From assembly GCA_002633005.1 (NCBI GenBank), contig NMRA01000418.1:340878-404877 (forward strand): 64,000 bases of DNA, read 5' to 3'. A program made the position numbers and the translations under genes. Below are positions 27,901 to 39,900 of the stretch, in pieces. The notes beneath the pieces are model-generated. The model was not told the DNA's origin. It saw only the letters and a list, made by a program, of their open reading frames with translations, and made no database searches. Numbering within the stretch: position 1 is the first letter of the stretch; every line of letters starts with the position of its first letter. Source of the DNA: Phoronis australis. Taxonomy: Eukaryota; Animalia; Phoronida.

Positions 27901-30900
27901 GACCTAGTAGCCTGCCTATTGGACACTTGACATCTGAACTGTACATTATTATCAGCCGTATGCAAGTTGACCGTCAGTGTGCTGGTGCCATCATTGTTGT
28001 TGGTGATAGTCGTGTTAACATTCTCCGTTATGTTTGTGTATGCAGCGTTTCCAATCCGACGTGACCACACCATAGATGCCTGTGGCTTACCTAAGTTTGC
28101 TTTACATTGTAGAACAGTTGGTCCTGCTCCACCAGACACAGGCTGCGTCGGGGCACCGGATATAGATGGTGTGCCTGGGAGGACTAGGGAAAAAAGAACA
28201 AACACGTTACACCAAGTTATCTATCTAGTCACAACAGATCATGAAAATACCTGAACCCTGGCGCGATGTTTTAGCATGCACAGAAGTGTTATTTAATGGC
28301 AGGATAAAACGTGCCCTTGCGGTAGATTCCTGATGGTGGTGTATTCAGTGGGCACTTTTTACACACTATTCACAGCAACAGTAGGGACGCTGAGGTGTTG
28401 ACATGCGCCCATAGTGCATTGCACACGATATGTTTATAACGGAAACCAGGAGATTTCGCAGTAGTCAAATCAGCGCTGAGTCATGATTCATTGAAATGTG
28501 TCGATCAGTTCTTTAAGTATAACCCAAAACACTTGAAAAGCCACATGTAGAGAACAAATTGGTGCTGACACACAGTCATCATATACGATGCAAAAACAAT
28601 TTCATTGAAATCCGTAAATTGGTTCTCGAGATAACATCCAAAAACACTCTTACCCAAACAAAAACTTGTAAAGCTCATTGTTACAATACTACAGTGAACA
28701 AATCCACCCCCAAAACCAACGGATTGGCACACTGATATCACACGTCTGTCAAGTTTCATTAACATGAGGCAATCGATTTTTAAACATCATCTAAAATTGA
28801 TAATTCCCAAAACACAAAAACACTTGAGAAAAAATAGTCAATAGGACGTGCTGCACTTCAACGAATACTATTACCGTGTATCAAGCAATCTTGCCCAAAC
28901 TTACCGCCCAACCTCACGGGAAAACCGCCACTATGCAAAAATTGTTGGTAAAAATGAATGCACACTACACAACTTACATGGCAACTGTCGATGCTTACAG
29001 TAATTTATAATCGGATTTTGAACTTTACTCTGCTTAAATAAAACCATTTAATCCCCTTTCTTCTTGGCGTTCACTTAGAGATCTGACTGACATTCGATAC
29101 TTCATGTATTTGGTTATCCGACAATGCGCAGCAATTGAATACAGTCAGGTAGGCTATCAGGCAATGACCTTGGCATTATTTTTCAGATGAAATGTTTGGA
29201 GAAACAGTTAATTTCATTCATTGTTTAGATTCATGTTTACAAAGGAGATCGTACCAAAATGTGAATAACACTGCATGCACGGAATAAATTATTTGTTATT
29301 CCGGTTATTCCGATGCATGTCATTTACGTTCAGCAAGAATATAATTAATTAACAGTATTAGCGAAAGTTTTGTTATACAAGTTAGTTTATTAGGTCTAAG
29401 CGAGATCAAATATGTTTCGGTTCTTGCCTAGAGCCGAATCATTAGTGATAAGTTCAGCATGGCATATTAGCGATCCAAAAACAACATGCCCCCCTGTGTC
29501 TTTGTCAGCCCTTGTTTTACCATGTTGCGATGTCGAAGTTTGATAGAGGCCTATGTCTCCAATCGATGTTACTAGTGGTTACCTATAAATAAGCTGATCA
29601 CCAGTAGCCAGTGACTCGCAATAATTTGGCTTGCTATCCCTGACCACCGCCATTACTTATTTTGCACATTTCTGTGAACTGATGGCGCAATTTCATAAAC
29701 GCTACAGGAGACGTTTTGAGTGCTAAGGGAGCAAACACAAATCATCTGACAATAGTAACCTGCACTGAGACGGAGTTGTTTTGAGGCTTTTCACTCTATT
29801 TACTGAATACACAAACCACATAAGCACACAGATTTATTGTTGTGCAATTTGCACAGAATTGTTCTTCCGCAACTAAGCACCATTCGCCTGGTGCAACGTT
29901 TCGCACACTATTTCGACAGGAAGTATTGCAATCGTTTGAGTTGTAACACTTGGACTTTGAACACATGGATGGAGTTTGCACTGGGAGTTTGACTTTGAAT
30001 CTTTAACGACAATAATGGCAATTTTATTGCAGGTCAGTTATACAGTAGAAAAGTCGGGCGTATTTTTTCACCGAATGTTTTGTCCCATTTCACGCATATT
30101 TAGCTTTTGAACGCACATGTTGGTTAATCAGAGCGCTGATTCAACATCACGATGTCAACCCTTGCAACAAATTCTTTAAACTCCAAACTGCGAAAGGGTG
30201 TGGTAATGTCTGGTAGCACAGCTTGAAAAAAACTTGATTAGTTTTCACATCTGCTCCCCACCAAGATATCACCACTGATGTTGCAATTGATTATAGAATA
30301 TGTGCCTTCACCGACATATTTTTATTCTGCCGTCTGACATTTCCGCCAAATGAAAATCAGGTCACGACTGATAGGAGCTAGGTCAACTCGATGGCACTGT
30401 TTATACTTTTCTAATCTTTGAACGAAATATTTTAATTAAAGATTCAGGTTCATAGTTCAGGCACATACATGTACACATCTTGTCCAAGGCAAGCAGTTAG
30501 CTACTGTAGGTCTTAAGGGCGGTGTCCAAGTCAAATTGATGGATGGGATTGGCCATAATAGCACCATTAAGACATTTAAGTTAAGTCAACTTTCTCATGA
30601 TTATAACATCTTTGTACTTTCATTGCATAAATGTAGATTTCATTCAATTTAAGGGTAGCATGATCCCTAAGCTGTGGTATAGTTACGAAATATGACAAGT
30701 CTCCAGAGGAATGACAAAAATGGTCATTCACAAAAATAACTAAAATTGTTTTTTAATGCTCCATAAATCCAAGTATAATGTTTGAATAACTAAAGAACAA
30801 GTTCTCCCTAACTCTCCAGGTGTAGTGTATACTAGAGATTCTCAACAAAATGTATTGTAATTCAACTATTTTTTCGTAAGAACATGTTGGACAAGGCTTT

Positions 30901-33900
30901 GAGCTCAGTAATCTAATACCCCTTCCTGTGCCGATGACCTGCTGTCAATTTTCGTGAAAAGTTCAGCTGAACGCCAGCTTATATGTATATGAATAACAAA
31001 CATGTAACTCTGCTCTGAAACAAAAAGATGTCCATTATAGGTTGAAATAAATGAAAAATAATCAAAATGTCCTTAAGAACAACATTTCCGGGGACTAGAC
31101 AAGTGCTGGGATATCCAGCAGTGTGCGAGGCAAATTAAAGGCGCCCAGACGAGTGAAACTCTGGTGTTAAAATCATATAGGCCTTTACTATAGCCACCAA
31201 ACTGAAATGTATATATCTTGGAATAAATATATATATATATATTTAACCTTCAAGTATTCCAGCAACATTGTCAACTTTAGCTGCTCGTCAGTGCGGCCAG
31301 TGATAGTCCACGCAGTTTGATCTCACAGTCGACATCACTTTTCGGCTTGGGGAATGCCCGAGCTGTATCACGGCTGTCAGAATTACAAACGCCATTCAAC
31401 CATTCCTCTCCCACTATTTCTTAAACTATAAACTAAAATAAGCTTCACCGAATACAGTTTTTTTAGGGTAAAATGGGAGCTTGGAAATGCAGACGATGTT
31501 TCAAGAATGGTGCGTTCTAATTTGTCAGTTAAGACGTCAGTCACAATTCTGGCGATCAGGTCAATTGTCCAGTTCTGACTCACAATCATCTTCTTTTTCT
31601 GTTCTGTTCTGTTCTGTTAAGCCATTGCAACTGTCAAACGTCTTCCGTCCATTACATCATTTGGAAACAATAAGCTTTTCTTCAAAATACAACTTTGCTA
31701 CCATTTGGCATAAAAAGTGATTATTTAATGTGTCACTAAGATTTCACATTTTTCATTCCAAGTTAGCTAACTGAAACCTCAAACTGAACTAAGGAAAAGC
31801 GGGGTGGGAATTCTTTAAAAATCTTCCGAAAAAATGAAAGAAACTTGGAAATTCGAAGCGTATTGGATACCTTGTTTGGCGTAGATGGAGTACATGTAAT
31901 ATGCCACAAAACATCATCATGCGCGGAACAATATCGAGTATGATATTACCTTATCTAGGTCACTCTCGATGTACGTTTTGTGTATATATTTTGCGTAGTA
32001 CCTGCATACACAAATACAACATGGAAAAGAGAGAACAGGGGGAGGGAAATAAGTATTAAAACACCCAGTTTGGAATGGTTAACACTGAACTTCCTCAAAC
32101 ATGGGAATAAAATACATCCATTAGTTTAGACCAGTGTCCATTGTGTTAAGAGTCACTGAATGAGAACGTCAGGCATTTACAATATTATGGGAACATGATA
32201 TGTCACAAATTTTAAATTTGATATTGTAAATAAGTTACAAAAATATAAAAATTAGTTTTGTCTTTAGTCACTTTGTAAATATATAACGAATAACTAAATC
32301 GGATGAAAAAATGGCTCCTTTTGGGCGACTGTGGAAAATGCCCTATGTTTCCATGGGAATTAAACCATTTGGCGTTTAAAAAAATAAAAAATCGATTGAG
32401 TTATACAAAACTATCTTTTTTGTAATTGAGATTGCCAAAATATTTCAGAATGACATATTTTGATATTTTTAAGGAACTTTTGAATGCCTTGCCTCCACGG
32501 GCCAAAAACAGCTACCAATTTAGACCTACATAAAGGTCTATGTAATTCAAGCGCGGCGCAAAAACGCACACCACCCACACATGGGTTCTGTTACAGAACT
32601 ACAGAACTCGTCTTTGACAAGATTTCGTTATTTCCGTGCACAGCATCTTTTTAATTATCGAATTAACACTTTAGCGAAAGCACTTTCACCACTTTTACCT
32701 GTTTCATACTGCCACCAATAGACGGCGCGAAGCAGAAAATATGAAAAATATGATCTAAATTGGAAGTAAATCGCAATAAAAAATCCAATTAAATTTTATT
32801 AAAGATAAGCAGAATTGCTTCGAGCGTTCTTTTAGCGAAATATTGCAATATTGACATTTAGCTAAGAAACGGAATGAGGTTCACCAACATAGGTCACGCT
32901 CTGAAGGAAAATGGCAAAGCCAGCGAGCCGCTGTGTTACTTAACAACAAATATATTGTCCAATACCCAAAAAGTGTCAACGCACTAGATCACTTGGAAGA
33001 ATGGGAGTTGATTGGCAATCTGGCACGAATGGGAGTGTGAGAGACAAGGAAACTGGCCAGCCTGTTAGGACAAAAGATTATCTGTCCAAAGCACTGTACA
33101 GTATTTGGCAGTATCCAGGTTGTAAGCCACGTTGTACGTTTCCAGCCTCGGGAATGCAAAGGGTGTTCACCACTCAATGCCAGGACTACGTCAACTTAAC
33201 ACCTTCTCATTTGAAGGTGAGCTACGTAACAATTCATAGTATGGGTTGTTTACAATTACTTGCACTATTTTTTCTCAGACATCTCACCGTGATTAGTCAT
33301 ACCATCTGAGAACTAGTTTCAGGTGTGTACGTGGTCTGAAACACATGTTAAATATTTGATGGAGTGGAATATTCTTTCATAGCTTAATTTTTAAAAAGGA
33401 CATGTGTTCCAATGCTTACAAGTAAGTTACCTATTTCAACAAGAAAAGTGGTTTCTTGGAAAGCATATGCGATCGGAGATGGGTTGGTTTTGGAGAATCC
33501 TGCTTCTGATTGCAAACCAGTGCAACTAGTGGTTGATGAATGTCATGTTGCATCCGCATTGAGACCTTTCACTAGTTTCAGCAATCGGGAGACGAAGATA
33601 TTCCTGTATCCAAAAGATGGCTGTAACAACACTTTTGCCTCTCGAAACAAACTCAAGCAGCAAGTTAGCATGGGCTGGCATGATAAACAGCCAACAGCAC
33701 TTGAAGATCATCGCTGATGTGAGAAGAAAGTGGGCTGCCAAAGTCACTGGTATGGAAGGTGAAGTTCATGATCTAACAGCATGCTCGTTGAACTCAATTT
33801 GGCATCACAAATCCATAAGTTTGACGTGCAGTTTTGTCACTGACTGTTCCTAGTTGACTTAATAGTCAACATGGAAATACGCTGTGTGATGTTCTATATT

Positions 33901-36900
33901 ACAACCCAACAAATAGTGAAGCTGTTGTGGAGCATGCTACTCAACAGCCTATGCAGCCATGGCTTAGACGTTCCCACAAATTTAGGCTATATTTTTGACG
34001 TGGATTATTGTATCAATCAGACCACAAAATTTGGATTTTGTATGGTCATTTTGTGAATTCACAAACCATGGCTACCCATCCAAAAAGCATGGCTCCTGGT
34101 GTTGCATCCAGCTTTGTTACTTTAAATACTCCTTACACACTTTTCCCTGAGTCATACAGATGGTTCTTAGTCACGTGAGTTTTTTAACTAATTACTGGTT
34201 GCAAAAGCTGTGTTTGATTTGTGTGACCAGGGATCAGCCTATAAATAGGTGTGTGAGTGGTGTTTACCAGTGTTCTGGTAGCCTGCCAATGGACTAGATA
34301 ACATATACTATCTTATTGAGTTTTACATTTGCAGGTATAAAAACGCAGGCAGCTAGTACCCAAATAGCAGGAGAGTCGTACAGCACAATGGGGTGGGCTC
34401 TGAAGTCAGCATACATGTAAATGTCTGAAATAATGACTGAAAGCGTAAAGATGTTTTTGACTGATGCGTTTAACGAAGGCATGAAAACTGGTCAAAAAAA
34501 AACGATCCAGTGAGGTGTTCTCAACAAACGAGAACTGCAGGACACAATCATAGAACAGCTGTTTGAATATCTTGAGCAGTATCCATGTAGATCGTAATCA
34601 TCAGTGTTACTGTATTCTTGTTGTGCACCTTATGGTGTGTCTATTGCAATGAAGTAATGATACTAGTTGGTTTGATTCCATGATATTTTCTTTGATTTTT
34701 TTCTCACGCCAAGAGGGTTCCTTTAACTGTCATTTTCGGATTATGTGTATACATTAACATACAGTACAACCCAAACGTATCCTGACAAATGGACCCGGAA
34801 TTCCTTGCCATGACAGCTGGGGCAAAAGTAGAATTCTTGGTCAAAGTAGTCTTACTTTGTGACTGCAAATGAAAGGAAACTGGAAAGTTAGTATGATGGC
34901 TAAGACACTCTGTAATTAGCTGTGGTAATAGCTATTACCAGTCATTTTTGCATTAACAGGACTAGCCATCAAGAGGGGCAAAGATTTATATTGTCTGATT
35001 ACTTTTGCCTTGTTCTGTATGACTATTTGCAAGCATGCGTGTGAAGACCCATTATACTGTCATCCCGGTCTTTTTGTCTGGCACCTACTGAGCTGCATCT
35101 CCAAATCCTTGGTGAATGTGAAATTTTGCAAATGAGATGACACAAGAAAGATTTAGGATGTCTTTGACTACCACTGGGCCCCTAGTGGCAACTTTACTTC
35201 TTCATGTTAGTCTCTTTATCTTGCAAGTTCCTTGATTGATTTTCATCAAATTTCGCAAATAAGTTTCAGTTATGAAGACAGCTACATTTTCCTACTTCCT
35301 GGCGTACCTATGTAATCCGTACAGAAATGTTGCCATTGAGATGAGCACGACTGACACCGATTGTTGATTTGACGATCTCCTATGGTGCCCTTTAATGGCA
35401 GTAATGTAGGGGTAAAATTAAAGGTAAGTAGGCACCCATAGCCCACCGTATGACCTTGAGCACTGAACAAAACTTATGGTGCGTAAGCACTATGTTCAAA
35501 TCCCAAAAGGTGGTTGGTTGCGCGTACCTGTACCTACGCGCCACTACAGCACTGCTTAATGGCAATTTAGGTTTTCTTTACGAATGCCTTTATATCTACC
35601 AAGTTTCTTGATGTATTTTCTTGCAATATGGTATATTTGTTTTGGTTGAGGAAACGAGAACAAACTGCTATTTTCGGCTGGATTTAAAATATTGTGTGCC
35701 ACTAAAGAATTATTTCTGGCAGCAGCCTCTCTGTCCTTCAAATTGCTTGCAGGATAGTTCTGAAATTTTGCGCATGTGTTCCTGTTGAGATGATCACGAC
35801 TGACAGGTTTTCTGAAGGGTGCAATCACTGAGGCGCCCGGAGTGGCAATTTGTTTGTTTATCTGCACCGCAATATTTACAAAGTTGTGTTGATGTGTTAC
35901 ATGTATATATATGTTACATTATTGAGGAGAGTATGCCCGGCATAAATTTTAGGACGTCTGAGTGCTGTGGTGTCCTCTAGCGGTTCTGTATCAACCAAGT
36001 ATTTTGATGTATGGAGTTTGGCAAGAATGTGACAGCAATTGTATTGTTTCAGATGAATATAATGTACGCTGCACCACCTTTATTTTATATATTACATATT
36101 ATTAACATCCCTGGAAGCATACTGTCAGAGATGCAATCTTCGGCTCTTTCCGTTTTTCCTGTTTTTGTATGATTCTGACAAAAATTGCAGTGTGATGTAG
36201 ACTATGGTTTCATTTTTACTTCTTTTGATCAAATATCTCGATACCCAAAACTTAACGTTCATAACCAGCTTTAACACCCACACTTGTATAATACACATAT
36301 GCACTATAATCAATTTACAGGTGGGAAACTAAAGTGTCCTATCAATAGCTCGATGTCAACCATGACAAAAGGCAGCGTTGTAAAAATTTCCTGTGTAATA
36401 AATATGTGTTACAAGTCAGAGTTTCCATGAGTATTAGATAATAAAACACTTACATTCCCCGATACCTTCAGTAAAATAATCTGACATTTTGGTAGTCTGT
36501 CTAGATTTCAAATTCATAGCACTACTGCAATTGCCTCTTTTGAAATTCTATACATGTATCTGCTAGTGGTTTACATCTGATGCCCAGATTAACGAATGAC
36601 ATTTCTAGTCCTATGTAGTATTTTTATTTACATCTCGAATTCATATTGTGTTAGGGATGTTCTATAATCACGGTTGGAATTTTCTGGTCCATTCTCATCT
36701 GAACCAGCACTGCTTCGTCGAATCTACGTTGCAATCGTCATCACTAAAATGGAAGTCCCGGTTAAATACAACTGACTGAAACGTTGCTTCAAGAACTGTT
36801 GAGTGGAGATTGGCGAAAACACTCCTATAGAAATAGCAATAGCCAATATACGTTTTCCGTGCATTGAATAGTTAGTCAAAAATGTAGGATTTCTCGAAGT

Positions 36901-39900
36901 TACACGCTTGGGCGCGCCCTAAATTGTTGACTTTGCACTGCGTAATGAACTTGCTCAACAGAAGGTGATTCGGTGCGCCATCTGATGAGAAGCAGAAAAA
37001 TTACTAGCCGTAACATTTTCACCTTTATAGGATCAGTGCTCCCCATGGGTCTTCGGTACTTAAAAGTTATGATTAGCAATAACCATTCAATCAAGTATGA
37101 CTTTTGGCTTGTCTCGTGTTAATACACGTTCCTATTTTTTTCGGAAGAACTTAACGTTACTAGACGTCAAGCAGACATTACAGGACCGACCGTTTTCAGG
37201 CCAGAATTTCGACTTTAATTGTAAAGTTCTGAGCACTTGCCGCAAGAATTTTAATGTAATTCCGATTTCGAGCTTTGAAAAATCTTAACAATCTTGTTGA
37301 CATCATTTTTTGTTACTCATTAATGTTTAGAACTTTGTTGGCTTGTTAATGGGAGTGTGACAGTAATGGCGAACAGGACGACCGATATCAGCGAAGTGGG
37401 TGGTTTCAATCAAATCATGCAGGACACACAGATCGCTGTCCACGAATGTTTTAATAGATAAGTACTCTACAAAGGCTCAGCTTTCACGTGTAGTATGTTA
37501 CATTTCTGAGTGTTTTGGGCGGTAAAAGAAATAACGATCGAATAAAGGGCATTTCCACCAGTTACACAGTTTGACTCAGGTGGGTTGAATAAGTAACAAA
37601 AAAGCTAATTTGCGAACACGTTTCAACTATGAGTTTTACATTTTCATGTAAACAGAAGTTGTGTTTATTCAGTATGTCATTCTTAGTTTCTGTTAATTTG
37701 TTGTTGTTGCACAGTGATGCAACAAATTTGCTAAAATTTGATGGTTTCCGAAGCCATAAACTAGCCAAAAATTTCGAGGAGGCAGTTTTCTGAAAAAGAA
37801 ATTAGATAATTTAAAAAAAATTATTTTAGGTGTTGACCATTCCACCTAAGAGGAAAAATAAGCTGAGTATATTTCAAAAAAATCCGTGACATGTCATGTT
37901 CCCGCATCTGCCTGACTTTCTCAAGCAGTGACTCTTAAAAACATAGATAAGGTAATTCGTCACTCATTTAGCACACAATGTATCGACAAGTAAAACTTCA
38001 TTTTGTCAAATTTTGCAACAAAGATAACAAGAAAATTTTAGTCAGTTGTGAGCTTTCTTGTAAAAGTAATACATAACATTTTGTTAGGTTTAGCCTATTT
38101 GAAGTTAGTCAACGAGCCTTTAAACCTCTAAAGTGCCAATATTGGAAACAATTTTGCTGCTAAATAACAGAAGACAATGCATTCAAAACCAAAAATTTAC
38201 TTACTGTCCACAACAAGCTGGCTTACTGCAGTTTTACTAACGATGTTGTTAGCTGTCACTTCCACAGTATATTGGCCTTCATCATCAGGTGTAATGTGCG
38301 ACAAAGTGATGGTGAAGTTAGTTTTTCCAGAAGAGTAGTCAGTAGAACAACGAGATGCATGACTTCCAACACATCTTCCATCAGCATCAATTCGTTGCAT
38401 TTGTATTACGAAAGGGGCTATAAACACATTTTTGCCTCCCATTTCCTGAAAGTTTATTTGGGAAAAAGTTTCACCACTGCCCAGTGCATAATTTATCCTA
38501 AACTCAGCATTACTACCATTGACACCAATGATTTTAGGACTCGAAGACACACTAAGGGCAAAAACAGCAGCATCTGAAAGACCAAGAAATAAGGAATTAA
38601 CATTTAGATACACTATCGAAAACTCTGGGTGCTTAAATTGGGAAACCCTGAGACAAGGATGTGGGCGATTGGAAAGTCGGGAGCTGGGCGTCAGGGCAAT
38701 TACCCTGCCATTGGCCGCTTACATACAAATTGGGCAAGTGCCCGATTTTTTCATTTAATCATGGAACTTGTAAGTTTGTTCAATAAGCAGACTTCGAGAA
38801 CCACAACATTTGTCACTGGAGAAACAGGTTTTCGACTTCGAAAGTGTGATTTTATGAGACCGTTTTCAAATCGTTCATCATTAAGTACTGTTTCTGATCA
38901 GTGAACGTACGAGACCATTTCGTTTCCTCGATTAAAACACGAACGATTCTTTTCTGGCCGCAACTGGGACCCAATCTCTCAATAACTTTTTACACTTGCA
39001 ACATGGCGTGAGCCATTCGGAATTAGACTCTAACTTGGCAGATAAACGTGAACGAAGCTGAGTTGTCTCAAACATGCATTATGAACTCAAGCGCATCATT
39101 TTTCGATTCAAACACGCACATGAGTTGTTTGAGGCTTGACACTGACAGGTTTTCCTTTCAAGGAGTAAACGCCACGAGCAATGCTGGGAAGAACGACACT
39201 GGACCTGTTGTAAATCAAAATACATGTACACGTCAAACATTGTCAAATTTGCTAAATATCACAAGTGTAAACAGTTATTATCAAGATACTGAGATGCATT
39301 TGCTTCCTGGCCTGACAATAGTAGCGAGAGGTGTGCTTAATAACTGAATTTATAACTGGGACGACCGGGAATATAAATCTAGCAAAATCATGTGCTGCGT
39401 TTGTGCAGTTGCAACCACTCAAATTGGAGTTGATCAGGGAGATCAAGCAAGCAAAATCACATGCTCCATGCGTGGAACTTGTATGCGCGAATATCACTGG
39501 CCGATCGAGATCATTACTGATTGATTACTAAACTCGTAGTAGAAAAATGTCAGTTCTATAAAAATCTAAGAAGTTGGCCTTTTGTTTAACAAACGACCAG
39601 TAAACAAGTTTTAAAAGGATTATCCACAAATGCCAGATTAAAGTCGCCCTTTTCGAGACTATTGTACACAAGCACGTCGTATTTCCCTCAAACACGGGAG
39701 TCCGAGCCGCACGGATATACCCAGGTTTCAAAACCCTGCTCGCCAGCTGGGCGAGTAAGCGAGAAAATCTACTCGCCGAGCCCGAAGTTCAGTCACCCGG
39801 CCGTTTGCAAGTGTCACCACAAACTTGCTGCCAGTGTAAATAAAAATCACCGTTTGTTGCGTTTATTTCACCATCTATTAGGGCTACCGTATTCGCCCTA

